61,768 nt of DNA, filler included, from Choristocarpus tenellus KU-1152 (GCA_964200185.2; 13 parts of 13 records of this genome joined end to end with filler, not necessarily neighbours in it), one strand, 5' to 3'. Counted from the first letter of the whole stretch, positions 24,701-37,166 are shown. Numbers and translations: made by a program. The notes: generated by a model not told the origin, from the sequence alone.

Positions 24701-27395
24701 GCTTCCTCTTTTGTCATCCTACCGACGGGGTGCAGTGGGATGATGGCAACAGGCAAAATTTTCAAACTCGTCGAAGAAAAGTATAACACACCAGCCAGAG
24801 ATTCCTTACGGGCAGCTGCTTCTGGACGTACCCAAGCACCCCTGTTGTATTGGACCTGGACGTGGTAGCTCCTCCTTCTCTCCTTATGTCTGTTCGTCGT
24901 TCTCATTGCCTTTGTGTCTGCTGAAGAGAGTTTTTAGGTAATAGTTTGAAGCGCTGCCAGTGGTGACTGGTTGTTTCATAGTTTTGTAGACATTCTTATC
25001 TGGGGAAAAATAGGAAATCGTAAGGTGTACCCTGTTTTGTATATGTGAGATTATGGCATTGGAGTAAGTCCATGCGATGTAACTAATGAAATAGTACGTC
25101 TGGATTATGTATGGGGTTTGATATTACAGTTAAACTTCTCTGATACAACCGTTTACTCACGTCTGAGGCACAAATAATAATAAAACAAGGTTTAAGAAGA
25201 CACACCACAAGGCCACTCTTCTTTTCAATGTGATCGTATTCAGCAATGGGGAATCGTGTGTGGCTCTCATCTCTTTTTTCTCTCTTCTTCCATACTGACA
25301 CAAACAGCAGTCTAAATCTGCACAATATCGCATACTACGTAGTGCATGTACGCCAGTAGCAATGAGGTGGTCTTGTCTGTCATGTGGACCCCGCCTGCTG
25401 GACTCGCAGGTGTGCCGCTATCGTTTGTATTGATACATCTTCTGCAACTTATCTTCTCCCCTCTGCTTTATAAAATACAAGCACACTTGCTTTTGGATAA
25501 AACTAACATCAGACGCCTTGTTTGTTTAAGACCCAAAGTATCTGGGGGGAGGGGGGGGGGNNNNNNNNNNNNNNNNNNNNNNNNNNNNNNNNNNNNNNNN
25601 NNNNTTAATTAATTAANNNNNNNNNNNNNNNNNNNNNNNNNNNNNNNNNNNNNNNNNNNNGGGTATGAACGCCCCGTGGCAGACACGATTGTGGGGGTAG
25701 GTGGCCCAGATTTTCTAGGGGGGTGGGTGGGGTAGCGGAGGGGGGAGGCAGGGGTGGGGATTGGTTGGGGTGGAGGGATTCAAGGAAAGGACAGGAAGCG
25801 GTAATCCCCTTGTTGAGGGTAGGTTGAGGGGAGATGGGATGGGGGGAGGGGGAAAGGTGGGGGAGGGTTGCCAGTAGGGTCGGCATTACGGCTATGGACT
25901 GAACACTCGCCAATTTCAGCCACTCCAAGCGAGTATGTGTCCAGGAGACAGTCTTGAATGTTTGAAGGGTACGTATGTTGCCCCTTCAGGGTTGAACCCT
26001 CAGCAGGAGTGAACTTGGTCAACGTGGCACTATCCCCCCATACCCCTAAGAGGGCTTGGTGGAGCACGAACACATGGTCCCCCCATCCTTGTGGGCATGA
26101 GAAAGAAAGGAAGGCAATCGGGTGGGAAGCCAACAGCGTCTAAAACTAGGGGGTCATAGAGCGAGGATGCTGTGGGAGCCCCACTTTTTTGGGCGATCGA
26201 GGCGGATGTTGTGTTGTATGTGGCACAGGGAGTAGGGAGGTGGTGAGGGGGCCAGGGTTCATGGACTGGTGAGTCATACAATGGGCCCAGGTCTGACTCC
26301 AAATCTGAGTCAGGGATGCTGGGGGTGGGTTGGGGTGTGGGGGGAAGGGTTGCCCTGGCCTGTGGGGTGAGGTGGGTGTGGGTTGTAAGTTCTGGCCTGG
26401 AATATTGTGTGATGAGGTAGATATAGGCTAAAAGCTCGCTAGGGAAGGGGTGGGGTTCTTTCGTTGGTGAGGGTGGTGTAGGTGTGGTTGAAGAGGGTGG
26501 GAATGAGCAAGTGTATTCCGAAGTGGGGGCATGTGAAAGGGTGGTTTACATCATCACAGGGGCTGACATGCAGGTGGGGTGGAGTGAGCAATCGCAAGGG
26601 GGTGCCCCCATGGTCCCGGGATAGTGGCTCTAGGCAGCTTGGACAGGGGGAATGAAGGGGAAGGGACTGAGGGATGAGGGTGTGGGATGGAGAGTAGGTG
26701 AAAATGTGGAATAGCGAAAGGGGTGGAGGGTGATTGTGTACGGATAGATTTAAGGACGGCTTTGGTTCCACACTCCTCTCCATGGCAGCGTAATATAATT
26801 CAGGGGTTGCTGGGGCTCGGCAGGTAGGGCATGGGATGGGGTGTTGGGGGTGGACATGGAGGTCAAAGGACGAGGCACAACCTAGGTTGAGGGTGTGTGG
26901 ACAGGTAAAGGTGATAACTGGCAACTGTATCTGGGAGATGCAGCTAGGGCAAGATTGTTAGAACTTTTAGTTAACCCCTATGCTACGCTACTTTCGTTGG
27001 ATCGAATCTTGCTATGGTTACACATCCGTCAAAAGGCTAAACACACGACCAGGATACACAACCTCACTTTAGTACCTGACTTGCTAAAGTCAGTCACTGA
27101 TTGGAGGGATACAATCCTCGGGCGAAACCTCACCAAGACTAACAGCTTGCGAGCCCTGCGATTAGCTTTTGTTCAAAATATAGTAATACCCGTCCTACTG
27201 AGCAGGTAGTCAATTGACTGACTTCAACCTGCTCGGTAGGACAGGTGTTTACTAAAAGTTCTGACTGACTACCTGCTCGATAGGATAGGGGTTTACTGAA
27301 AGGTTTCATAAATATTCCAATGTGAGGTGGTGTGGTTGCCGAGGTGGGCATGGGTTAGGGTCCCTGGTTTGAGAGGATGGCCGCTGGGTCCCAGT

Positions 27396-27621
27396 GAGCC
27401 AAAGTATTCAAGAGGGTAGGAGTTTTGCCCTCTCTTTGTCCGTTTGGGGCTTGACTTCACACGTTTTTTTAAATGACATTTTTCTGCTCTGAAACGTTTC
27501 GGAATAGGTAAAAAGTAAACATTTTGGAGGAGGTATAAAATATAAAACAATAAAATGGTGTGTCTGGAACAAGGATATTGACACTTCCTAACAAACACAA
27601 NNNNNNNNNNTGCTTTGACTC
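27396..27621. mobile_element. MITE family 2 copy (internal 10-N gap)
   Basis: GAGCCAAAGTATTCAAGAGGGT / TGCTTTGACTC, with AGT duplicated on both flanks. Confidence 0.85.
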
Positions 27622-28398
27622 AGTGATACCTCCTATCACCGACTCTCCTGTCTCCTCCTCATCCCGGTTGGGGGGGGGGGATTTGCTCTCCGGAAGACTT
27701 TTGCAATCCTATGAAACGTCAGTTCTCGTAGTGACCCAGTTTCCTCTATTGTCGTTTGTTCCTCTCCCTTGCCTATCCCCTGTACCGCCGTCGCCCTCCT
27801 CCATCACAGCCCCAGCCCCATCTCGTCCCCCTTTTTATGATGTATATTGTACATGGTATCTGAATATCCCAATCTTCAATCTTGCATTGCTTGAAAATAC
27901 TAAATTTCAAATTTGATTCACTCAACCGTATTGTGTGATTAAGAAGTCCTTGATGAGTTGCCCAGTTAAGGGGAGAGGGGCTGGGGAGGATACTGTATGG
28001 AAGGGAGTTGACAAGACACCTTTGAGACGGTATCTGTAACTGCACAGGTTAGTTGTTTGAGCTGTGTCATGGGTTTGACAAAAGAACCTGGCGGCACAAT
28101 GTCTGTGGGAATGAAGGACCCTCACACATAGATTATCATTTGAATTATAACCTATCAATCTCCTCCTTTCCCACCTTCCTAGAGCTAGGCTGAGAGTATA
28201 GCAGTATGAACATTGTTTGGTTTGTCGGGAAACAATAATAATCTCCTTCAGGAACATCGTTGTATAAACCCTCTGTTCCAAATTAAATGTAACATAACCT
28301 TTGCAGTCCTGATGAAGAAGCAACTTTTTTTTCATATGTTTATATTTTTCATCGGTATATTATACAGAAACTAAAAAGTTGTCCAACAAATCTCAAGC

Positions 28399-28700
28399 AA
28401 AATGGGGCAGTCTACACCTATCTACGATTCCCGTCCCCGAAGCTCCAAAACTCCATGAGGACATGGTTTTTCGTTACATCCACCAGGGCATTTGGGGGGA
28501 GCTGCCTGCCTTCTCAGCCTTTTCCTTGCTAAGATAGGGAATTTTGAAGGTGTTTTTACCCTTGGACTTCAGCACTTCAGCAGACTGGGAAGAGGTTCTG
28601 CCAGATGCGCTCTAGTGACTCCCGGGGGTACACATCGAATGCCTCCATTATGACCTCCACCAACTCCTCTGTGTTGGTTACCCCCATGTCTTTCCTCAGT
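28399..28700 (-). mobile_element. Second fragment of the mariner-like element (3' part)
   Basis: Collinear similarity to ~1332-1620 (AATGGGGCA..TACACC.ATCTA.GATTCC...GGGGTACACATC.AAT..CTCCATT). Runs into the gap. Confidence 0.8.
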
Positions 28701-29257
28701 NNNNNNNNNNNNNNNNNNNNNNNNNNNNNNNNNNNNNNNNNNNNTTAATTAATTAANNNNNNNNNNNNNNNNNNNNNNNNNNNNNNNNNNNNNNNNNNNN
28801 TCTTCTCGTGTTCTAGCAAGCGCGAGCAGTATACGAGATTTATAGTAAACAGGTGACCTTTCAGAATATATGCTTATTTCTTAGAAGTTGCAGGAAAGAT
28901 TTGTAATTTGAGTACGTACACAATGACTGGCAGATGTCTTTCAACTTTCAGCCTGTAGAATTCGGGTGGATGATGCAAATAAAGAATATTTTGACAGTCA
29001 CCTAAGTACGTCTTGAGATTCACTCATATTTCTTGTTTAATTATTTCTCGATTAAAACATTAGGTCAAGCTTTGAGCTAAGCACTAAGTAAGTGCAGCAT
29101 CGAGAGAAGAGTGACTGACACCTGCACATGACTATCAACTGTGGAAATACCCCCGTAGCGTCGTTTTAAGATCATTGCATTAGAGCTACACATTCTGTGA
29201 AGGTGAGTTCTGGAGCATGCTATAACATGGAGGTCCTACCAAGACTTCCGCGTTGTA

Positions 29258-29700
29258 ACAGTTTTCTGGATGAGTTGGCTACACACGGCGTAAGGGGGAG
29301 AGGGGCGGGAGGTTACAGGAAGAAAGGGGCAATCATATCCCGCCTATGGCAGGAAGTGTCTGTCACTATACAAGTGACTCTCTCGAGATAGTTTCATGTG
29401 TTTCCAGCTAGAGACTCCAACCAGATGGGCAAGGAGTGGCCTGTCAGATTCTTGGGGTGGTTCCCTAGCTCCTCACCCAGTTGTGTAAGGGTTGGAGGCA
29501 TAGCAGCAATGTACACATAACATAGTAATTTCCAAGCTCTAATGGAGTGTTTGTGGTATAATAGCAGATGATACTAAAATCTTAAATATATTATCGAGAG
29601 ACATCTTTCACATTTAATAATCTTTCACATTAGTCCTTGTGATATTGCTTTGTTTTTTTCCCTCATACACACCCAAAATATTAGAGGGTATAATAATATA
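29258..29700 (+). mobile_element. 5'-truncated RLE-type LINE 3' end, copy C (older)
   Basis: FLDELATHGVRGRGAGGYRKKGAIISRLWQEVSVTIQVTLSR, then a degenerate 3' motif ending AGAGGGTATAATAATA. Confidence 0.65.
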
Positions 29701-30498
29701 TACAGAAGTGTAAGTTGCTCATGATTTCGAACCACGGAGGTCTGGAGATAATTTGAAAGAGTGCTCTATATGCATATAATGGAGTATAACTTATCCTTCA
29801 ATATGTCGAACACATTTTCACTATTCGCATGGAAAGGCCAAATGAAACTGACAACTGGATTTGGAGAACATGTCGTGGACATGGTTCGGACACACCAGAA
29901 AGAAAATGAACTGGTGGGGGGTTATGGTCCGGATATGCAAGGGAAAAAGTTAGACTGTGTGGTAGGTGGACACGGACTGGTACGATACCCAGTGGCCATG
30001 ATCTGGCCATGTTAAAGAATACTTGACCCTGTGTGGCTGGACATGGACCGGTATAATAGGCATTGGACATGGTCCTGAAATGTAAGAGAAAGTTTGGCCT
30101 GGTCTAGACGCCGGAGATGGATTGGTTCAATACCTAGTGGACATGTAAGAGGATAATATGCTAGATTATTGTCCGATTTTTCTGGAAAGTGGACGGAATC
30201 TTTTCTTATTTTGGTGGGTTAGTGAAATTTCCTCGATTTTGAAAGTTTGGTTGGAGAGGTGAGGTGTTTGTAGAGAGTTAGAAGAATTGAAATATAATAT
30301 ATATTTGAATATTGTTTTACATCTTTCCGATTCATCTTTTAGTGAGGAATTTTTCACCATACCCCTTCACCTCACTTGCTCATTGTTGATGGTAGATGGT
30401 TATCACGCACCACAGAGGTAGAGCCAACAAGTAGATTATACCCAAATTGCATTTGTTGTCGTCCTGGGGCGTGTGATTGTCCACGTTCACGGACGTTC

Positions 30499-33400
30499 AT
30501 GGAGACGACAGCTAGCAGGTTGGAATCATCTGAGAGAGCAGGTGGGTTGTTTTCATGGTGTTTCAGGTGATAGGTTGAGAATGAAAATGGCAAACAGAGA
30601 ACAGCAACTAAAGAATTTTGTATCGCGTTTGTCGCTTGTTGCCTTTCGCTTCTCTACTACAGTCGAGGAACGGGAGATTCTTCTTGAATTCTATGCTTCC
30701 ACGAATGGACATCTGTGGAAGAATAATACCGGGTGGAACTCCAATGCCCATGATCTGTCAACGTGGTACGGGATTGAAGTCGACGATGGAGGATACGTGG
30801 TCAAGATTCGCCTCCCACGAAACAACCTCCGAGGTAAGACTTGAATGTCGTGTTTTTCATTCCAAATTTGTGTGTCGCATGTCCATTTATAGGTGGCTTC
30901 TTGTATGGTTGGCTTCGTATATTTGATGTATGTATCAACGGGCGGCAATGTTGTTGACTCGCTCGTGGATGTATTGTACAGACGTGAATATCAACGAGTT
31001 TACACTCAACATTCGTGCATGTATATTGACATGGACGGTTGACTGTGACGTCAGAATCACATCGTATTGGTCAAGTTTTTTTGCACGTTATTGTTGGTAA
31101 GAAGGAATGAGATATGTCTACATGAGATGGTACTTAACTTCTGTCGATTTTGGAGGTCATGGATGCAGCTTGTGTTAACACTTGTAAGGCAACACATCAG
31201 CTAGACCACTTTTCGAAGTGAGAGAAAAGTGATTTGTCTGATGACGCCAGAGCTTGCCATTCCAGGTTTACTTTGCGGATTCTCGTTAGGAAAGACTGCA
31301 CATAAGCTCTATTGTACGGTATGTTGTAGCGGAGTAAACAAACCTGTACCACAGTGAAGCTGTGTGAGAACTGCACTTTTTGTTGTTGTGACGTGTTGTG
31401 TGTGTCTTAGTTTTGACATCTACCCCATGAACTCCACTTTCAGGCTTTCATTTATACTTAAGATTGAAATTTTGTTCAAAGTTTTATACAAAACTCATAT
31501 CAATTGTTCAACAGACTGTGGAACACATGTTGTAGTAGGTGCGACTCCTTTCCCTTGCACAAGATAATGCTGTTAATGATCGTTATCGTGTGAATTTTTT
31601 GTTTCTCACCTAATAAAATCTTACGTTCCAAGAATTTCTCAGTTGTTTTTAATTCCTGTAAGTGAAACACATACGATCAACATACAACAGAATGTTGCCA
31701 AAAGAGCACGTTCGATTCCAGTTTTTCTTTGTGTGCTCCAAAAAATAAGGCATCAAAGATAAACAAAAAAAAGGTTTTCGATATTTAAGTTCTACAAATT
31801 CAATCAAAAGCAAACCGAGAATATGGTGCTTCAATTTTCTCAATCTTTTGCCCCTCTTACATGTTAAAGGGTTTATGTTTAAACAGCTCAACTACACATC
31901 TTGCTAGGAGATAATATTCTATTACTACGGTCTAATGCTAACCACACCATAACCGCGTCGTGCATCAATACTGGTGATTAGCTCCATCATTGTGGTTAGG
32001 ATAATATCGATTAGTGTGTATAGGTTACCTTGTCAATGGCGTTGTTGTGTCCAGGTTGGTTGAAGATGTTTAGTTAGTCTGAGGATAGAAGGTGATTGAT
32101 AATTTGTGATACTAAAGAATAGATGTGAATTTCGTTTTACCTGCTTTGTCACCCCACTTTTGACTAATGGTTGATTGTGTATTGTGAAACCTGAATGGCT
32201 TTCGTAAATGAACTCTTTTCCTCACAGGACAAATCCCGGAGTCACTGGGGAATCTCTCTGCTCTCAAGCACCTAAATTTGCGGTACAATCAGCTGAGCGG
32301 TACGTGTGAATTTGTAAATTTGTTGAATTTGAAGGTATCTCTCTGTTTGTTTTCCTGTTGAAGTACCCTAGTAATGTCAAGAATGTAGATTTTTGATGTG
32401 TGCACTAGGAATGTTGGACTGGTGCAATATAGAAATGATTGAATCCAATTTCGTATCAGTAATAGAGCAAGGCAATGGTTGGTTGGATATTGATTAGTGT
32501 GAGAATTAGGTGCGTTTAGAGGAGAGTGATGTATATAGTGCGCGTGACGATTGTTGTGTACCTGGAGGTGATGTTTGTGGGGGAGAAGAGTATAGGCATA
32601 TTAGTTGTGGTTGTATTAGTGAGGGCAGGATAGTTGAGGAGGTATTTTGTTTTGTGGTAGGTCTCTCTTTTTGCTCTCGTTTGTGTATGGCGTTGTTGTG
32701 TCTAGGTTGGTTGAAGATGTTTAGTTAGTCTGAGGATAGAAGGTGATTGATAATTTGTGATTGTAAGAATAGATGTGTTTTTCGTTTTGCATGCTTTGTC
32801 ACTCCACTTTTGACTAATGGTTGTTTGTGTATTGTGAAACCTGAATGGATTTCGTAAATCAACATTTTTCCTCGCAGGACCAATCCCGGAGTCACTGGGG
32901 AATCTCTCTGCTCTCAAGCACCTAAATTTGTCTTACAATCAGCTGAGCGGTACGTGTGAAGTTGTACCTTTGTTGAATTTGAAAGTATCTCCTCTTTGTT
33001 TTCTGTTGAAGTACCCTTGTAGGGTTGAAAATGTAGATTTTAGATGTGTGCCCTAGGAATGTTGGACTGGTGCAATATAGAAATGCTTGAATCCAATTTC
33101 GTAGCAGTAATAGAGCAAGGCCATGGTTGGTTGGATATTGATTAGTGTGAGAATTAGGTTCGTTAACAGGGGAGTGATGTATATAGTGCGCGTGACGGTT
33201 GTTGTGCACCTGGAGGTGATGTTGTGGGGGAGAAGATTGTAGGCATATTAGTTGTTGATGTATTAGTCAGGGCAGGATAGTTGAGGAGGTATTTTTTGTT
33301 TTGGTAGGTCTCTCTTTTTGCTCTCGTTTGTGTATGGCGTTGTTGTGTCTAGGTTTGTTGAAGATGTTTAGTTAGTCTGAGGATAGAAGGTGATTGATAA

Positions 33401-33596
33401 TTTGTGATTGTAAGAATAGATGTGTTTTTCGTTTTGCATGCTTTGTCACTCCACGTTTGACTAATGGTTGTTTGTGTATTGTGAAACCTGAATGGCTTTG
33501 GTAAATCAACATTTTTCCTCACAGGACCAATCCCGGAGTCACTGGGGAATCTCTCTGCTCTCAAGCACCTAAATTTGTCTTACAATCAGCTTAGCG
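30499..33596 (+). CDS. Leucine-rich-repeat protein, 5' part (N-cap plus at least three 72-nt LRR exons; truncated by gap)
   Basis: Exons 30499-30541, 30663-30833 (EREILLEFYASTNGHLWKNNTGW..LSTWYGIEVD..YVVKIRLPRNNLRG, an LRR N-cap), and 32228-32299, 32878-32949, 33525-33596. Each LRR exon is 72 nt, phase 1-1, GT-AG, and encodes G(Q/P)IPESLGNLSALKHLNL(R/S)YNQLS. The first exon is less certain (alternative in-frame ATG at ~30580). Confidence 0.9.
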
Positions 33597-33741
33597 GTAC
33601 GTGTGAAGTTGTACATTTGTTGAATTTGAAGGTATCTCTCTGTTTGTTTTCCTGTTGAAGTACCCTAGTAATGTCAAGAATGTAGATTTTTGATGTGTGC
33701 ACTAGGAATGTTGGACTGGTGCAATATAGAAATGATTGAAT
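32035..33741 (+). repeat. Tandem array of ~650-bp exon+intron units
   Basis: Exon starts are spaced 650 and 647 bp apart. Intron sequence is highly similar between units, and the array runs into the gap. Confidence 0.97.
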
Positions 33742-33847
33742 NNNNNNNNNNNNNNNNNNNNNNNNNNNNNNNNNNNNNNNNNNNNTTAATTAATTAANNN
33801 NNNNNNNNNNNNNNNNNNNNNNNNNNNNNNNNNNNNNNNNNAAATAC

Positions 33848-35288
33848 CTCCTTCAAATCGTCCTCAGTGCAAGTGAATGGAAGGTTTCGCACAAACAGGC
33901 GACCCACCGAGAGCCCACCCTCCTCAATGAAGTCCTCTTCCACGTCATCGTCTTTCTTGCCCTTCTCCTTATTCAAGCTTCGCTCGACTTCTGTCCTGTT
34001 TTCTGCAAACTCTTCCTCTCCCTCCTCCCCTCCATTTCCTTCCTTTTCGCCTTCACTATCCCCTTCTCCCTCCTCGCTCGATTCTTCAGAATCCGACATT
34101 CTACCTGTAGTCCTTGAGCGAAGCCAGTCCATATCAGACAAACCAGACTCTGCAGTCCTCCCTGGGACCTCACCCTCAACTGCCGTTCCTTTCGTACCAC
34201 CAGATTCATCCCCTTCATCGTCTTCCTCCACACTTTGTTCGCTCTCAGTAACTTCCTCTTCATCTCCCATGAGGTCTTCACCACCTTTCTTGTTCTCTAC
34301 AACATCATCGTTGTCCCAAAATCTCGCCTCACTCCGTTTCTTCATGACCGCCATGAACTCTTCCTTCTCCACATCGTCTTCCCCTTCCATGGTTTTGGAG
34401 CCACTTTCCCCAGCTTTATCTCGAGACAAAACCCCTGCCTTTGCCTCCGCCATTCGTCCATCCCTCCCCTTGGATTGTGGGTTGAGGGCGATCGTGTCAC
34501 CCTTGCCCGTTACCTTACCTTCACCCACACTTTCAGCCTGATCTCTACGATGTTTCATGCGCGAGCTCCCAGAAGAATACTTACTCCATGGTCGAGCTAT
34601 CTCTGAGTTGCCCTTTTTATGGGCAGGTTCCACCTGAGTGGTTGGCAGTGATAAAAGTGTGTACAACAATATCAGAACACTGCGAAAACCAAAACACTCC
34701 AATCACTCGAGATCCTTGAGACACCAGGAAAATAAACTGACCTCTATCCTACTAGTGTCTAGAAATGTCCGATTATAGTATTGTAGGGCGTGCTTGGAGT
34801 CCTCTTCAGTTGCAAATCCCACAAAGGCGAATTGCCGAGACCGGCCATCTTTAGTGCGAACTATCTTGGCATCTGTGACCTGAGCAAGTGAGAGAGAAGG
34901 GCACAGAGGCATTTTTGGTTGATGCGTTGGCATGGGAAAGAAAGATAACGAGGAAATGATGCTAGAGTAGGCATCGTACGAGGTGGAGGTGTTATCTTGT
35001 GGTTGAAGTCTGGACAGCGGTTCACTCATCCTATGCGCATAAAGATAACTCACCGATACTTCGATCCCAGCATACACTCACTAACACAGCATCGTCAATA
35101 CCAACAGGAGAGACGTCAATGTTCCACATCAAGCGACTGCTAGACAGAAAGAGCTACCTGGAATGGTCGTCTAGGACGGTCACCAGTGGTAGACTAACCT
35201 GCCCCTTCTCTCCAAAATGCTCCCTTATGCGGCGCTCATCCACATGCTTGGGTATATTTTTAACAATGATACGCGTAGTTCCTACCAT
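33848..35288 (-). CDS. MRD1: Multiple-RRM ribosome biogenesis protein MRD1/RBM19, 5' part
   Basis: Exons 35288-35199 (MVGTTRIIVKNIPKHVDERRIREHFGEKGQ), 34879-34742 (VTDAKIVRTKDGRSRQFAFVGF..YYNRTFLDTSRIE) and 34633 to ~33848 (RPWSKYS, acidic linker, SDMDWLRS, GRLFVRNLPFTCTEDDL). These match RRM1, the linker and the start of RRM2. Truncated by gap. Confidence 0.92.
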
Positions 35289-35509
35289 GATTCGCCCCAG
35301 TCACTGGAGAGGTTGCCCCTTGTCCTATGTGGTCCATTACAACTACCATTAGTTGTGAGGGAGAAAAACCATACATTTAGAAAATAGGGTTAGGGTTATT
35401 TGGAGTTTAAACCTACCAAACTATCCAACATCACTACTCGTAACATTTTCAATTTGTATCAAGTGACAATTGAAAGTATATCGTTAGGGAGCAATAGGAG
35501 GCATCCAGC
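35289..35509. promoter_or_regulatory. Probable bidirectional promoter between MRD1 and MDP1
   Basis: Only 221 bp separate the divergent ATGs. Contains TAGGGTTAGGGTTA at ~35385. Confidence 0.6.
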
Positions 35510-37166
35510 ATGTCCTCGGACTCTAACCTTGAGAGGGTAGGTAAGAGGAAACGCCAACGAACGGAAGAGATATCAAGGACTGATCATACCTATGGACCAG
35601 AATTGCTGAGGTTCACGGACCCTCTCCCACCCCTAATTGTCTTGGACCTTGACAAAACGGTGAGCAGCTGAGATCTGGCATTTCCTAACTGTAGATGATG
35701 AGTGGATAGATTATGGTGTGTGGAAGCTCATCTCCATGCATGGACTTAATTTTTACCGTTCCCTTCGGATTGTTTTCTTTCAGCTCTGGCCATTTTACTG
35801 TCACGAGCAAACGGCAGGACCTTACAAAAGGGGAAAAAATGGTGATGATTCTGTCAGGTGTAGTCTTCGCTATGGTGGATCTCAGGTCGTCAGCCTCTTC
35901 CCCTTCGTTGGAAAGCTTCTCCGTTTACTAAGCAAACAGGTACTCGCTTTCAAGAGAGTTTCCCCCCATATCATGTACATCTACCTTGTCCTTGAGTTTT
36001 GGTTTCCGTTAGACTGTTTGCGATAGATAGGATGGGACGAGGTTTATATCCTTGATACATATTTCTCGCCGAGTACCTCTGAGTATTTGCTAACCTTCCG
36101 GCATCCTACTACGAGTATTACACAAGCAGTGTGGCTATGGTATTGCTGTGTTGCCTGCTGGGACTGTGCCGTCTTAATGGTTCTGCAACTATCATTCCTT
36201 TCTTTCGTGGCGCTCCTCTGTGTTATCTAAGGGTTCAATTCAACTGGCAATTGCAAGCCGATCTCCAGATGAGACCGCAGCGCGAGGCATTCTTGATACC
36301 CTCGGTCTCTTGGACCTCTTTTGCTGCCTCCAGATCTACAGTGGGAGCAAGGCAACTCATTTTAAGGTGTGTGAAAATGTTGTTAAACGCGGTCACTGCT
36401 GACCCCCCTGGTAGGAGCTCCTTCTTTCAAACCATCTACTTTTTGCATGCTATTATCTCTATTGTTTGTCGTATTTTGTCCTTATCTTCTCTTAATTGTG
36501 GGAGCTCACTTTTTAGTCCTTTATCCATTAGAATATCTTTGCCTCCTAGGCATTTGTTGCAGGTGTTTGTCACTTCAACAGTGGTGTAACTCTACAGATA
36601 TGGTTCATTGCTAAAGCAGCTAGTCTTGATGCTCTCCCATCTTGGGAGCACATTTAAGGATTGTGTGCATTTCTTCCAGGCCATATTCCGAAGCCTACAT
36701 ATTGAAATTGTTTGCACCTTACTGGAACAATTAGTTTATAATTTCTTTCTTCATGTGCTGATATTGCATGCTTCAAATGTCATTGTGCTATTGATTGATG
36801 TATTAAAAGTGTACTGATCAGTGAATCGTAAACATGCATTTTATGTGAACTTCTTACCACACTTAATTTCATGCTTTTCCTCAGGCCATTCAGACCTGCA
36901 CAGGGTTACCCTTTCGGAAGATGCTATTCTTTGATGATGAAAGGGCCAATATTGAGGCTGTTGCCAAGCTCGGTGTATGTTGTCTGCATGTTGGTAAAGA
37001 GATTGGTCTCACGCCAGGTGCAGTTCAGGCTGGTTTCAAAAAGTATAGGGAGGCATGCCTGTCACGTTCAAGCCTACAAAAGTGGCTTCAGCCCCGAGAG
37101 GATGTCTGTCCAAAATCAGTGACTTCAAAGAGGGGTGTAATGAACCAGCACGTATTTGATGTATAA
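35510..37166 (+). CDS. MDP1: Magnesium-dependent phosphatase 1 (HAD superfamily), ~240 aa
   Basis: Phase-0 exons 35510-35659, 35784-35939, 36232-36366 and 36885-37166 (723 nt). Motifs LIVLDLDKTLWPF, LAIASRS, GSKATHF and MLFFDDERANI. N-terminal KRKR is a possible NLS. Confidence 0.92.

Noticed and set aside
24700-25330. Possible hAT/BED-finger remnants here and at ~51850-52100
   Set aside because: Only faint motif echoes across several frameshifts, too weak to call without a search.
32702-33564. Duplicated 71-aa minus-strand ORFs (MRAERFPSDSGIGP..)
   Set aside because: Antisense of the LRR exon/intron repeat unit.
33867-34606. Long Ser-rich plus-strand ORFs
   Set aside because: Antisense shadow of the acidic linker exon of MRD1.
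36680-36817. Possible alternative last exon of MDP1 (TTCCAG|GCCATA..)
   Set aside because: Lacks the FFDD HAD motif IV, and only the first two codons resemble the true exon.
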